Source of the DNA: an uncultured Bacteroidota bacterium
GTDB taxonomy: Bacteria > Bacteroidota > Ignavibacteria > UBA10030 > UBA6906
Length of the DNA: 64,000 bases
NCBI GenBank assembly: GCA_963700635.1
Contig: CAVOYH010000004.1
Span: forward strand, 157,760-221,759
Reading direction: 5' to 3'
Both the position numbers and the translations under genes were made by a program. Under the pieces are notes generated by a model, which searched no databases, was not told where the DNA came from, and saw nothing but the letters and a program-made list of their open reading frames with translations. Position 1 is the stretch's first letter. Every line of letters starts with the position of its first letter. This document shows, piece after piece, positions 36,975-47,897 of the stretch.

Positions 36975-38765
36975 ATGAACCTCGCACGGACCCGGCCGAT
37001 GAGACTCTGCGGTCTGGTCCTTTGTATCACTGCCTGCGGCATGCTGCACGCCCAGCCTGCCGGAGGGAGTGTCGGAAGCCGCGCGCCGCGTATTACATCC
37101 ATTCTCTTCCAGAACCATCCCGCATTTACCGCACGGGAGATAGCCGGATGGCTCTTCACCCGCCCGCAAGAACGTTACTCCCCTGAACGGCTCCAGAGCG
37201 ATCTGATCACAATCCGTGATCGGTACCGCGCCGCAGGCTTCTACGGCGCTGAAGTAATGCTGGCAGAATGTCTCTTCTCAGCCGACACAAGCACGGTTGA
37301 CCTCACGATTAATATTGTGGAAGGGAAACAAACCGTATTTGCCGGGATACGTGTCCTCGGTGGAACACAACCCGGCACCGGAGCATTCGCCGCACTTCTG
37401 GAGAGCAAGGTTGGCGATCCGGTGAATGTACGGGTCCTGGAGGGGGATATCTCGGCCCTGCTGGATCGGTATGACCGGTACGGGTTTGCTCTTGCGGATT
37501 GCCGGATCGACAGTGTGGCCATACGGCACGGTGACCAGGTCGACTCCGCAGAAGTCTTTGTGAAGGTATCAGAGGGACCGAGATTCTTGATTGACGAAGT
37601 GCGGGTCGAGGGAAACAAGGAAACGCAGACCGCGGTAATCCTCCGCGAAGCCCGGCTGCAACCCGGCGAGCCATTTGATCCCGCGCGCGCCTCTGCGATA
37701 CGGCAACGGCTCATGCGGCTGAACATCTTCTCACAGGTTTCTGAACCCGCATTGTATATGAGGGGGGACCGCGGGGGATTACTGATACAGGTGCAGGAAG
37801 GCTCCACCAATACCTTCGACGGCGTCGTCGGGTATATTCCGGGCAGCGTAGCCGGAGAGGGGGGCACGTTCACGGGCATGGTGACCATCGTCATGCGTAA
37901 TCTCTTCGGGACTGGCCGGAAGATGAATCTGCGGTGGCAGAAAGAAGACCGTACCACGCAGGATCTCGCGCTCGCGTACACGGAACCATGGCTGTTTGGC
38001 CTTCCGGTGAATGTCGGGGCCGAATTCCAGCAAAGGAGGCAGGACACCACCTACGTCCGGCAGGCGGGGCGATTACGCGCGGAACTTATGGTCTCGGAAG
38101 AGCTATCGGTCAGCGTCGTGGGTGGATCGGAAAGTGTTATTCCATCTTCCGATACCCTGACAACGAGAGTTCCGCGCAGCTCCATGCTCACCATCGGGGG
38201 GGAGGCGTTGTATGATACCAGGGATGATCTCTACAACCCCGCCCGTGGCGCCCGGTACAGAGCGGACTACCACTTCGGAAGGAAGCGGGTAAACGAATCT
38301 CCGGGTGCTGTTCCGGTAACCGCCTCGGTTCAGCGTTTCGGACTCGATCTTGAGTTCTATATCTCACCGTTCGCGCGACAGGTTATAGCAATGGGCCTTC
38401 ATGGACGTCAGGTTCAGGGAGGAAGTATTGATGACAGCGAGTTGTTCCGATTTGGCGGTGCCAATACCCTGCGCGGGTACAGAGAAAACCAGTTTGTCGG
38501 CGCGAGGGTCGCGTGGACAAATACCGAGTACCGTCTGGTCGTTGGACGCCAGTCGTTCCTCTACGGATTCTTTGACACGGGGTATTACAGCCGACCGGGC
38601 AGTGTCGTACGATCCACACCCGGGTCCGAAGCCTTTCATTTCGGCTATGGGATCGGCATGCGGTTTGATACCCCCCTGGGAAATCTCGGCGTGAGCTTCG
38701 CACTCGGAAAGGGAGATTCCTTCGCACAGGGGAAGGTCCATTTTGGGATTCTGAATGAATTCTGA
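36975..38765 (+). CDS. Omp85/BamA-family outer-membrane protein with about three POTRA repeats
   Basis: Start placed at ATG 36975 (MNLARTRPMRLCGLVLCITACG), 1 nt after the GWxTD stop. POTRA-like units (IVEGKQTVFAGIRVLGG; LIDEVRVEGNKETQ). C-terminal beta-barrel ending in F. At 596 aa it is shorter than a canonical 5-POTRA BamA. Confidence 0.78.
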   Translation: MNLARTRPMRLCGLVLCITACGMLHAQPAGGSVGSRAPRITSILFQNHPAFTAREIAGWLFTRPQERYSPERLQSDLITIRDRYRAAGFYGAEVMLAECLFSADTSTVDLTINIVEGKQTVFAGIRVLGGTQPGTGAFAALLESKVGDPVNVRVLEGDISALLDRYDRYGFALADCRIDSVAIRHGDQVDSAEVFVKVSEGPRFLIDEVRVEGNKETQTAVILREARLQPGEPFDPARASAIRQRLMRLNIFSQVSEPALYMRGDRGGLLIQVQEGSTNTFDGVVGYIPGSVAGEGGTFTGMVTIVMRNLFGTGRKMNLRWQKEDRTTQDLALAYTEPWLFGLPVNVGAEFQQRRQDTTYVRQAGRLRAELMVSEELSVSVVGGSESVIPSSDTLTTRVPRSSMLTIGGEALYDTRDDLYNPARGARYRADYHFGRKRVNESPGAVPVTASVQRFGLDLEFYISPFARQVIAMGLHGRQVQGGSIDDSELFRFGGANTLRGYRENQFVGARVAWTNTEYRLVVGRQSFLYGFFDTGYYSRPGSVVRSTPGSEAFHFGYGIGMRFDTPLGNLGVSFALGKGDSFAQGKVHFGILNEF

Positions 38766-39462
38766 CCCCGGCCTACATCCCGGCATTAGCACGCTCCATG
38801 AAGAAATACTCTGGAGGCAGGGAAGCCTGCACATCGCCGGAGTTGACGAGGCCGGACGGGGACCCCTCGCGGGTCCGGTCGTGGCCGCAGCAGTAATTTT
38901 TCCTCCCCACCTCACGTTACCCGGTGTGGATGATTCGAAAAAGCTCACCCCCGATCGCCGGGAACAACTCTTTGAAATCATTCACGCCCGGGCGCTTGCC
39001 GTTGGATGTGGTGTTGTCGGACACCTCGAAATCGACAGCATCAATATCCTGCAGGCGACGTACAAGGCGATGCACCTGGCCCTGGCCTCCCTGCCGGTAA
39101 CCCCGCAACACGTTCTGGTTGACGGAAACAGCTTCCCTGGAACGGGAATTCCCTACACGACGATTGTGAATGGGGATGCCTTATGTCATACGATTGCTGC
39201 AGCCTCCATCATTGCAAAGGTCACACGCGACCGCCTCATGTCAGAGTCTGATCTTCTCTATCCGGGCTACGGATTTGCCAGGCATAAGGGGTACGGTACC
39301 GTTGCGCATCGTGAAGCCCTGGCACGATTGGGCCCCTGTCCGATTCACCGCCGTACATTTCTGCGGAACCTCAGACCGATTTGTCCGGGCGAAGTTCCGG
39401 GGGAGGGAAATCAAAAAGGAGAAATGATGACCGGGGGGAAGGGGCGTGACCAACTGGGGTAG
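38755..39462 (+). CDS. rnhB: Ribonuclease HII
   Basis: IAGVDEAGRGPLAGPVVAAAV and DSKKLTP, AASIIAKVTRD blocks. Confidence 0.9.
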   Translation: MNSDPGLHPGISTLHEEILWRQGSLHIAGVDEAGRGPLAGPVVAAAVIFPPHLTLPGVDDSKKLTPDRREQLFEIIHARALAVGCGVVGHLEIDSINILQATYKAMHLALASLPVTPQHVLVDGNSFPGTGIPYTTIVNGDALCHTIAAASIIAKVTRDRLMSESDLLYPGYGFARHKGYGTVAHREALARLGPCPIHRRTFLRNLRPICPGEVPGEGNQKGEMMTGGKGRDQLG

Positions 39463-39793
39463 TGTTGGCGAGTCTCTTGCGCAAACGTATCTTGCGAACC
39501 ATGGATTCCGGATACGTGCCACCAATTACCGGTTCCACCACGGGGAAATCGATATTGTTGCCGAAGAAGGAGAAGTGCTTGTATTCTGTGAGGTAAAAAC
39601 CAGAACGAACACGGAGTTTGGCCCGCCGGAGTGTGCGTTGTCCGTGCAAAAACAGCGCCAGCTGCGTCGGCTGGCGCAGGCGTACCTGACTGTACACCAT
39701 GTTCACGACCGGATCTGCAGGTTCGACGTTATCGCAATTCGTGTCGAAGCAGGGCAGGCACATATTCATCACATCCGCGACGCTTTCCGATAG
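39446..39793 (+). CDS. yraN: YraN-family (UPF0102) endonuclease-like protein
   Basis: 115 aa. GEIDIVAEEGEVLVFCEVKTR core. The rnhB-yraN adjacency is common. Confidence 0.85.
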   Translation: MTNWGSVGESLAQTYLANHGFRIRATNYRFHHGEIDIVAEEGEVLVFCEVKTRTNTEFGPPECALSVQKQRQLRRLAQAYLTVHHVHDRICRFDVIAIRVEAGQAHIHHIRDAFR

Positions 39794-39863
39794 CCGAATC
39801 CCCGGTTTACATCTTCCCCCCCCCGGTCGTTCCCCTCGATTCCTGCCTGGTAGACGTTAGTGT

Positions 39864-41525
39864 CTACCCTTCTACGGCTGTGACAATCGCCGGCACGCCG
39901 GAGCGCCGCAGACGCTTGTACACTTCATACGCGATGATGATTCCAAGCAGCATCAGTACCACAGCGATGATTCCAAGGGCGACATTGTTCCCCGGGATGT
40001 ACTGCCAGAAGAGCTGATAGAACAGGGCAGCCTCTGTGGTAAGGAGCATAAACAGGCCCGGGATGAGAGTGTACGCAGTCCGGCGTTTGAACCCGAAGAG
40101 GTAGGCTGAAACGACGAGCAGAGAAAGGGCGGCAATGAGCTGATTCGCTGCGCCGAAGGCCGGCCAGAGTACTTCGCCGCCGTGGCCGAGAGTAAGGAGG
40201 TAAGCCACAACGAGTCCGGCCGCAGTTGCGGTGTACCGGTTGTTGAGAACCGGGACCTTTTTTCCGACACTCTCGGTCACAATAAAGCGGGTCAGGCGTG
40301 TACAGGTGTCGAGGGTGGTCAGGATAAACGCGTTCAGCATGAGTACACCAAATGCCGTTCCGTACACAAGCGGGATACCGATACTCTCCATAACCCTTCC
40401 CATTGCCGTCCCGAATGTGATATTCGGTCCCTTGTCCGCCAGCAGGGTCTGGAACACGAATCCGGAAAGGTCCCCGGACGGAGGAATCGTCCAGTAAAGC
40501 ACACTGGCCATAAGGAGGATCACAATTGCGGCGAGCGCTCCTTCTGTGAGCATTCCGCCAAAGGCGACTTTTCGCCCGTCGCTCTCCTTGCGGAGTTGTT
40601 TGGCTGTGGTCCCGCTGGAGACCACAGAATGGAAACCGGATACCGCCCCGCACGCTACGGTAATAAACAGGATTGGCCAGAGCGGACCCTTTGCGCTGTC
40701 GAAGGTGACAAAGGCCGGACCGGTTATTTCCGGTTGCAGGACGAGGAGCGAAACAAACGCCAGGCCGAGGCCGGCGATGAGGATGTACATCGACAGGTAA
40801 TCACGCGGTTGGAGGAGCACCCACACCGGCAGGGTTGCGGCCATGAAGCAGTAGATAAGCGAGAACACCAGCCAGAACTCATACGTTGCCGGAACCGGGA
40901 CCAGATCGCCGACGATGATGAGGCCGACCATCAGAACAAGCGCGAACACAGTACCTACCCAGACGTTAACACCTTTGCGGTACACGGCAAAGCCGAAGCC
41001 GACCGCCAGCAGCACAAGACCCAATGTCGGGATAACAATTTCGGGTTGCTGGGCCAGTGTTTGGGCCGTGAACACAGCAAACACGGCGATAACAAGAACA
41101 AGTGCGAGCCAGAGGAATGCGGAGAAAATCCAGCGTGCCGTGCTGGAGACGTGTTTTTCCGCGAGGTCGGCGATGGAGACGCCCTTGTGTCTGACCGACG
41201 CCATAAGCGATGTATAATCGTGCACGGCGCCAATGAACACCGATCCGAGCAGCACCCACAATAAAGCGGGAAGCCAGCCGAAGAGCGAATATGCCAGAAT
41301 CGGTCCGACGATCGGCCCTGCCCCGGCTATCGAAGAAAAATGGTGGCCGAAGAGTATTCCGGGCTGGGTGGGCATGTAATCGATATCGTCTCTTTCGGTA
41401 TGCGCGGGTGTGGGCAAATCATCGGATGGCCGGACGACCTGTTTGTCTATGATATTCCCATACCAACGGTACATAAACGCGAACCAGAGTGCGCCGAGGA
41501 CACCAATCAGGGCGGCATTCAGCAT
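39864..41525 (-). CDS. cstA: Carbon starvation protein A (peptide/pyruvate transporter family)
   Basis: 553 aa, multi-TM. LFGHHFSSIAGAGPIVGPILA and TVACGAVSGFHSVVSSGTTAKQL blocks. Confidence 0.92.
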   Translation of the reverse strand: MLNAALIGVLGALWFAFMYRWYGNIIDKQVVRPSDDLPTPAHTERDDIDYMPTQPGILFGHHFSSIAGAGPIVGPILAYSLFGWLPALLWVLLGSVFIGAVHDYTSLMASVRHKGVSIADLAEKHVSSTARWIFSAFLWLALVLVIAVFAVFTAQTLAQQPEIVIPTLGLVLLAVGFGFAVYRKGVNVWVGTVFALVLMVGLIIVGDLVPVPATYEFWLVFSLIYCFMAATLPVWVLLQPRDYLSMYILIAGLGLAFVSLLVLQPEITGPAFVTFDSAKGPLWPILFITVACGAVSGFHSVVSSGTTAKQLRKESDGRKVAFGGMLTEGALAAIVILLMASVLYWTIPPSGDLSGFVFQTLLADKGPNITFGTAMGRVMESIGIPLVYGTAFGVLMLNAFILTTLDTCTRLTRFIVTESVGKKVPVLNNRYTATAAGLVVAYLLTLGHGGEVLWPAFGAANQLIAALSLLVVSAYLFGFKRRTAYTLIPGLFMLLTTEAALFYQLFWQYIPGNNVALGIIAVVLMLLGIIIAYEVYKRLRRSGVPAIVTAVEG

Positions 41526-41637
41526 GAGGCAGTCTCCATTTTGAAGCGTGGTGTAATCCTGCGCGGGGAGCGCAGAGTATTAGAACAAAGCTACAGATTT
41601 TTTGGCGCCGGGGCAACTGCCTCTGTTTCATATGCGG

Positions 41638-42594
41638 TCACGCATTGACCACATTACGGGGCTGGCCGTTCAGAAACGCCCGTACGTTCTCGACGACTTC
41701 TTCGAGCAATCGACCGCGTGCCGCCGTACTCGCCCAGGCAAAATGCGGGGTGACGTAGCAGTTCCGCGCTGTCAACAGCGGATGATCCGCGGGGGGAGGT
41801 TCTTGCTCCAGGACATCCAGGCCAGCCCCGGCAATGCTCCCGGTTTCGAGTGCTTCATGGAGAGCACGTTCATCAATGACCTGGCCGCGGCTGGTGTTGA
41901 TGAGGAACGCCGTCGGTTTCATCATCCCCAGGCGTTTCCGGTTCACCAGGTGCGTCGTTTCAGGAGTCAAAGGACAGTGGAGCGTGAGCACATCAGCGTG
42001 CGAAAACAGGTCTTCCAGCGTGACCATCCGGATCTGTGGGGGTGCTGAGACTGTTGAGGAGGGGTCGAACGCGATGACCTCCATGTTCAACGCCTCCGCC
42101 ACACGTGCCACCGATCCGCCTATACGCCCCAGCCCCACAATTCCCATGGTCTTCCGGCTCAGTTCTATCAGCGGAGCATCCCAGAACGCAAAATCAGCGG
42201 ATGCCGACCAACGGCCGTTGCGCACCGCATCCGTGTGAAACGCGATGCGGTGTGTCAGATTCAGGAGATGCGCAAACACAACCTGCACAACGGACATCGT
42301 GCCGTAGCTGGGGACGTTGGTGACGGGGATTCCCCGTTCCCGTGCAGCGGCGGCATCAACAATGTTGTAACCCGTGGCGAGAACGCCGATATATCGGAGC
42401 GAAGGAAGCAACGCGATCGTCTCCGCGGAAAGGGGGGTCTTGTTCGTGAGGACAATATCGGCCGGTGCAGCGCGCGTGACGATGTCTGAAACCGGGGTCC
42501 GATCGTATACCGTACACTCACCGAGTGCCTCAAGCGTATCCCAACGAAGATCGCCGGGATTGAGTGTAAATCCGTCGAGCACAACGATTCTCAT
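41638..42594 (-). CDS. D-isomer-specific 2-hydroxyacid dehydrogenase (glycerate dehydrogenase-like)
   Basis: Start placed at ATG 42594 (MRIVVLDG), preceded by GAGAGGAA. NAD-binding motif GIVGLGRIGGSVA. Catalytic-region NTSRG..IDE...LDV. Confidence 0.85.
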   Translation of the reverse strand: MRIVVLDGFTLNPGDLRWDTLEALGECTVYDRTPVSDIVTRAAPADIVLTNKTPLSAETIALLPSLRYIGVLATGYNIVDAAAARERGIPVTNVPSYGTMSVVQVVFAHLLNLTHRIAFHTDAVRNGRWSASADFAFWDAPLIELSRKTMGIVGLGRIGGSVARVAEALNMEVIAFDPSSTVSAPPQIRMVTLEDLFSHADVLTLHCPLTPETTHLVNRKRLGMMKPTAFLINTSRGQVIDERALHEALETGSIAGAGLDVLEQEPPPADHPLLTARNCYVTPHFAWASTAARGRLLEEVVENVRAFLNGQPRNVVNA

Positions 42595-42670
42595 AGTTCC
42601 TCTCTGATATCGTGTAATAGTAACATGTTTACGCTTTACCCGCAACGGTCATCTTCCGTTGATCCGCGCA

Positions 42671-42699
42671 TTGCAGAAAAGCCGCTATTGTCGTATATT
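42671..42699 (+). promoter_or_regulatory. Promoter-like TTGCAG-N17-TATATT upstream of carB
   Basis: -35 at 42671-42676 and -10 at 42694-42699, 30 nt before the TTG start of carB. Confidence 0.4.
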
Positions 42700-42728
42700 C
42701 ATGCGCAACTATCCAGGAACATCCCCCA

Positions 42729-45700
42729 TTGCCAAAACGGACTGACCTTCACTCCATCCTCCTGATTGGATCCGGCCCGATCGTCATCGGCCAGGCGTGT
42801 GAATTTGACTATTCCGGCACGCAGGCCTGCAAAGTGCTTCGTGACGAAGGATTTCGTGTTATCCTCATCAACAGTAATCCCGCCACCATCATGACAGATC
42901 CGGACATTGCGGATCGTACCTACATTGAGCCGATTACACCGGAGTTTGTGGCAAAGATCATCGAGCGCGAACGCCCTGATGCAATTCTGCCTACCATGGG
43001 AGGCCAGACTGCGCTCAACACCGCGGTCGCTCTCGCTGAACAGGGTGTGCTTGAACGGTACAACGTCGAGCTGATCGGCGCGAAACTGGATGCCATCAAA
43101 AAGGCTGAAGGGCGCGAGTTGTTCAAATCGGTAATGGATCAGGCCGGACTCGAGACCCCGAGGGGCGGGTTCGTGCATTCGATGGAAAATGCCGAAGAAC
43201 TCGTCGCACAGTTCGGATTTCCGGTCATCATCCGTCCGTCCTTCACATTGGGCGGGACAGGGGGCGGCATTGCCATGAACGCGGATGAATTCGAGGAGAA
43301 AGTTCTGTACGGCCTCGAAGCAAGCCCGGTCCATGAAGTCCTGCTTGAAGAGTCCGTCATCGGCTGGAAAGAATACGAGCTGGAGGTCATGCGGGACCTC
43401 AAGGACAACGTCGTGATTGTCTGCTCCATCGAAAACCTGGATCCCATGGGAGTGCACACGGGGGATTCCATCACTGTGGCACCGCAGCAGACCCTCACGG
43501 ACAAAGAGTATCAGGCCATGCGCGATGACGCAATAAAGATCATCCGTGCAATCGGGGTTGAGACCGGCGGATCGAACATCCAGTTCGCCGTGAACCCGCA
43601 GACGGGGAGGCGGCTTGTGATCGAGATGAACCCCCGGGTCTCCCGCTCTTCCGCGCTCGCGTCAAAGGCGACGGGTTTTGCCATTGCGAAGATCGCCACC
43701 AAACTTGCAATCGGCTATACACTTGATGAAATTCCCAATGATATCACCCGCGTAACGCCCGCCTCCTTTGAACCAAGCATTGACTACTGTGTCGTGAAGA
43801 TCCCACGCTGGGATTTTGAGAAATTTAAGGGCGTCGACGAGATTCTGGGCGTGCAAATGAAATCCGTCGGCGAAGTTATGGCATTCGGGAGGACGTTCAA
43901 AGAGGCCCTCCAGAAGGCGCTGCGCTCGCTGGAACAGGATCGCCATGGCCTCGGGGCTGACGGAAGAGACACATGTAACGTTGTGTCTCTGTCAGAAGAG
44001 GAGCGTAAAGACTGGCGGCAACGGGTCAGGGACTACGTGGCCAAACCCCGTGCAGACCGCCTCTTTTATCTCCGGTATGGCATGCAACTCGGGATGGGTG
44101 ATGCGGAGTTGTACGAACTTACCGGGATTGATCCCTGGTTTCTCGCTCAAATCCGGTCGATCGTTGACATGGAGGAGACCGTCCGCTCCGCGCCGGCACT
44201 TGAGCGCGAGTTGCTCTGGCAATCAAAACAATATGGCTTTTCTGACAGACAGCTGGCGTTCCTCCGGTCGACCGATCAGAACAGCATCCGCGCCCTTCGC
44301 AAGTCCCTGGGCGTTGTGCCGGTGTACAAGACAGTAGATACATGCGGTGCTGAATTCCAGGCCGAGACCCCGTACCACTATTCAACCTACGAGCAGGAAA
44401 ACGAGGCAAGACGGTCAGACCGGAAGAAGATCGTGATCCTGGGCGGTGGCCCGAACCGTATCGGACAGGGAATTGAATTTGATTATTGCTGTGTGCACGG
44501 GGTCATGGGGCTGGCGGAAGAGGGTTACGAGACCATCATGGTCAACTGCAACCCTGAGACAGTATCCACCGATTACGACACGACGGACAAGCTGTACTTC
44601 GAACCGCTGACGTTGGAAGACGTGTTGAATATCTGTGATCTCGAGCAACCGGATGGCGTGATCGTGAGTTTTGGCGGTCAGACACCGCTCAAGCTTGCGC
44701 ATGCACTGGAATCACACGGATATCGCATTCTGGGGACGACGACCGATGGGATTGACCTTGCGGAAGACCGCAAACGGTTCGGTGCGTTGCTGGATGAACT
44801 CGGGATTGCTTGCCCGGCATACGGAACCGCATCCGACCTCGACGGTGCCCTTCAAGCGGCACACCGGATCGGATATCCGGTCCTGATCCGTCCGTCCTAT
44901 GTGCTCGGAGGGCGAGCCATGGAGATCTGCTATTCCGACGCTGGTCTGCGGGAGTACATGGCCAAAGCCGTGCACGTTTCAGAGGAGCGTCCCGTCTTAA
45001 TCGACCGGTTCCTGGAAGATGCGTTTGAGTTTGATGTAGATGCATTGTGTGATGGCACGGATGTGTACATCGGTGGCATAATGCAACATATTGAAGAGGC
45101 GGGGGTACATTCCGGAGACAGTGCCTGCGTGCTGCCCCCGTACGCGGTGACCCCGCAACAACTCCACGATCTGGTCACCCACACGCGGCGCCTCGCGCTG
45201 GCATTACACGCGGTTGGACTGGTGAACATCCAGTATGCGATGCAGAACGGCGTGGTAAGTGTCCTTGAGGTAAACCCGCGTGCTTCGCGCACCACTCCGT
45301 TTGTCAGCAAAGCCACCGGGGTTCCCCTTGCAAAAATCGCCGCGAAGTTGAAAGTCGGTCGGACCCTGAAAGACCTGGGTGTGCAGGGGTATTCCTGGGC
45401 AAAACACGTGTCGATCAAGGAATCGGTCTTCCCGTTCTCGAAATTCCCTCAGGCGCGACATTTCCTGGGGCCGGAGATGCGTTCGACGGGGGAGGTGATG
45501 GGTATCTCCGACAGCTTCGGTGCGTCTTTTGCGAAAGCTTCACTGGCGGCGGGCACCGTTCTGCCGACAAAAGGCACGGTGTTTGTCAGTGTGAATGACA
45601 ATGACAAGCAGCTGCGTGCGGTCAATATTGTGCGTTCCTACATACGACTGGGTTTTAACATCATCGCCACCGAAGGGACGTCGGCTTTTCTGAAGACGCA

Positions 45701-46055
45701 GGGGATCAGAAACCGCACGGTGCTGAAGGCCAGCGAAGGCACCTTGAACATCATTGACGTGATCAGGAACGGATGGGTTCAACTCATCATCAACACCCCC
45801 CTCGGGCAGGTGTCGCGGCAGGACGAGCATGCGATTGGCCGTGCGGCATACGAATGTAGGGTGCCATTCCTTACCACCCTCTCGGCTGCTGCGTCGGCGG
45901 CGAAGAGTATCGAGCGGCTGCGGCAGGCGGATTTGCCGGTCGTGAGCGTGCAGGAATACCATGAACTCGCCCGGCAGGGTGGCGCACCCCGGCAGCTCGA
46001 GACCCTGGAAGACTGTACCCGGCTGGTTGAGTATATCCGGTCGTTCCAGATGTAA
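42729..46055 (+). CDS. carB: Carbamoyl-phosphate synthase large subunit
   Basis: 1108 aa. TTG start gives [30 protein letters not shown]. Duplicated ATP-grasp halves and an MGS-like C-terminal domain. No carA is adjacent. Confidence 0.95.
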   Translation: MPKRTDLHSILLIGSGPIVIGQACEFDYSGTQACKVLRDEGFRVILINSNPATIMTDPDIADRTYIEPITPEFVAKIIERERPDAILPTMGGQTALNTAVALAEQGVLERYNVELIGAKLDAIKKAEGRELFKSVMDQAGLETPRGGFVHSMENAEELVAQFGFPVIIRPSFTLGGTGGGIAMNADEFEEKVLYGLEASPVHEVLLEESVIGWKEYELEVMRDLKDNVVIVCSIENLDPMGVHTGDSITVAPQQTLTDKEYQAMRDDAIKIIRAIGVETGGSNIQFAVNPQTGRRLVIEMNPRVSRSSALASKATGFAIAKIATKLAIGYTLDEIPNDITRVTPASFEPSIDYCVVKIPRWDFEKFKGVDEILGVQMKSVGEVMAFGRTFKEALQKALRSLEQDRHGLGADGRDTCNVVSLSEEERKDWRQRVRDYVAKPRADRLFYLRYGMQLGMGDAELYELTGIDPWFLAQIRSIVDMEETVRSAPALERELLWQSKQYGFSDRQLAFLRSTDQNSIRALRKSLGVVPVYKTVDTCGAEFQAETPYHYSTYEQENEARRSDRKKIVILGGGPNRIGQGIEFDYCCVHGVMGLAEEGYETIMVNCNPETVSTDYDTTDKLYFEPLTLEDVLNICDLEQPDGVIVSFGGQTPLKLAHALESHGYRILGTTTDGIDLAEDRKRFGALLDELGIACPAYGTASDLDGALQAAHRIGYPVLIRPSYVLGGRAMEICYSDAGLREYMAKAVHVSEERPVLIDRFLEDAFEFDVDALCDGTDVYIGGIMQHIEEAGVHSGDSACVLPPYAVTPQQLHDLVTHTRRLALALHAVGLVNIQYAMQNGVVSVLEVNPRASRTTPFVSKATGVPLAKIAAKLKVGRTLKDLGVQGYSWAKHVSIKESVFPFSKFPQARHFLGPEMRSTGEVMGISDSFGASFAKASLAAGTVLPTKGTVFVSVNDNDKQLRAVNIVRSYIRLGFNIIATEGTSAFLKTQGIRNRTVLKASEGTLNIIDVIRNGWVQLIINTPLGQVSRQDEHAIGRAAYECRVPFLTTLSAAASAAKSIERLRQADLPVVSVQEYHELARQGGAPRQLETLEDCTRLVEYIRSFQM

Positions 46056-46067
46056 GGGGATTCTGTC

Positions 46068-47897
46068 GTGCCAACACCTGCGTATATACTCGGCATTTCC
46101 TGCTACTATCATGATGCGGCCGCCGCGCTTCTGCGTGACGGAGAGATCCTCGCTGCGGCGCAGGAGGAACGGTTCAGCCGGGTGAAGCATGATTCGCGCT
46201 TTCCTTCAGCTGCCATATCCTACTGTATGGCTGAGGCGGGGATCACAGCATCCGATCTGACGGCCGTGGTGTTCTATGACAAACCACTGCTCAAGTTCGA
46301 GAGAATCCTCGAGACCTCTCTCGCGTATGCGCCGCGGGGCCTCCGCTCTTTTCTGACGGCAATGCCGGTCTGGCTGAAAGAAAAACTCTGGATCCCTTCC
46401 CAAATCCGCAAGGAACTGGACTACGACGGTCTCCTCCTGTTCACCGAACACCACGAATCGCACGCCGCATCCGCCTTTTTCCCGTCTCCGTACGAACGGG
46501 CGGCAATAATCACGATGGATGGCGTAGGGGAGTGGGCCACCGCAAGCTACGGGGTGGGGAACGGGAACAGCATCACGCTTCTCGGAGAACTCCGGTTCCC
46601 GCACTCTCTCGGGCTTCTGTATTCCGCATTCACATACTACACCGGGTTCAAAGTAAATTCTGCGGAGTACAAGGTGATGGGCCTTGCACCCTATGGCGAA
46701 CCACGGTATGTTCAGACCATGTATGACCACCTGATCGATCTGAAGGACGATGGATCATTCAGGATGAATATGGAGTTTTTTGATTACTGCACCGGTCTCA
46801 GGATGACCAGTCGGAAGTTTGACCTCCTGTTCGGGGGGCCCCCGCGTACGCCGGAGTCGCCGCTGACACAACGCGAGATGGATCTCGCCCGGTCGCTGCA
46901 GGATGTCACGGAGGAAATCATGCTGCGAATGGCGCGGCATGTTCATCACGAGACGGGCGAACAGAATCTTGTGCTTGCCGGCGGGGTCGCCTTAAATTGT
47001 GTAGGGAACGGCCGTGTGCTCCGCGAAGGACCTTTTGACCATCTCTGGATTCAACCGGCTGCGGGTGATGCGGGCGGGGCACTCGGAGCGGCGCTTTTTG
47101 GCTGGCACGTGTATTACAATGCGCCACGCAGCGCCGATAACACACATGACAGGCAAAAGGGGTCGTATCTCGGACCGGCATTCCCGGATGAAGCCATCGA
47201 AGCATTCCTGAACGCCCGGGGTTCATCATATCAGCGTCTGGAGCCGGAGCAACTTGTTGATCATGTCGCCGATCTGCTTGCGGCGGGTGCCGTGGTGGGC
47301 TGGTTCGCCGGCAGGATGGAATTCGGTCCAAGAGCGCTCGGCGCAAGAAGTATCCTGGGTGACGCCCGGTCCGGAACGATGCAGGCCACGATGAACCTGA
47401 AGATCAAGTTCCGCGAGTCGTTCAGACCATTTGCGCCGAGCATTCTCCGGGAGCGGGCTGCAGAGTACTTCGAGCTGGATCACGATAGCCCGTACATGCT
47501 GCTCGTTGCACCGATCGTTGCCGCCAGGCGCACGCCGGTGACGGATGAACAGAATCGCCTGTTCGGAATCGACAAGCTGAACATTGTTCGGTCCGATATT
47601 CCTGCCGTGACCCACGTGGATTATTCCGCCCGCGTGCAGACAGTCAGCCGGGAAGATCACCCGCTGTATTACGATCTGATCAAGGCTTTTGAGCGCCGCA
47701 CGGGATGTCCCGTGGTCATCAATACGTCGTTTAATGTCCGGGGTGAACCTATTGTGTGCCGGCCGGAAGAGGCGTACCGTTGTTTCATGCGCACGGACAT
47801 GGACGCCCTGGTGATGGGAAGTTTTGTGCTGGCGAAGAAAGACCAGAGTCCTCTCGAGGAGGAGGGAAACTGGAGGAAGGAGTTCGCACTTGACTGA
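46068..47897 (+). CDS. Carbamoyltransferase, NodU/CmcH/SxtI family
   Basis: 609 aa. N-terminal ILGISCYYHDAAAALLRDGEILAAAQEERFSRVKHD, followed by the C-terminal YrdC-like/Kae1-like carbamoyltransferase architecture. Starts 12 nt after the carB stop. Confidence 0.9.
   Translation: MPTPAYILGISCYYHDAAAALLRDGEILAAAQEERFSRVKHDSRFPSAAISYCMAEAGITASDLTAVVFYDKPLLKFERILETSLAYAPRGLRSFLTAMPVWLKEKLWIPSQIRKELDYDGLLLFTEHHESHAASAFFPSPYERAAIITMDGVGEWATASYGVGNGNSITLLGELRFPHSLGLLYSAFTYYTGFKVNSAEYKVMGLAPYGEPRYVQTMYDHLIDLKDDGSFRMNMEFFDYCTGLRMTSRKFDLLFGGPPRTPESPLTQREMDLARSLQDVTEEIMLRMARHVHHETGEQNLVLAGGVALNCVGNGRVLREGPFDHLWIQPAAGDAGGALGAALFGWHVYYNAPRSADNTHDRQKGSYLGPAFPDEAIEAFLNARGSSYQRLEPEQLVDHVADLLAAGAVVGWFAGRMEFGPRALGARSILGDARSGTMQATMNLKIKFRESFRPFAPSILRERAAEYFELDHDSPYMLLVAPIVAARRTPVTDEQNRLFGIDKLNIVRSDIPAVTHVDYSARVQTVSREDHPLYYDLIKAFERRTGCPVVINTSFNVRGEPIVCRPEEAYRCFMRTDMDALVMGSFVLAKKDQSPLEEEGNWRKEFALD

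Noticed and set aside
42729-46055. Absence of carA next to carB as an anomaly.
   Set aside because: From general knowledge, separation of carA and carB is not unusual in bacteria. Only the downstream carbamoyltransferase linkage seemed noteworthy.
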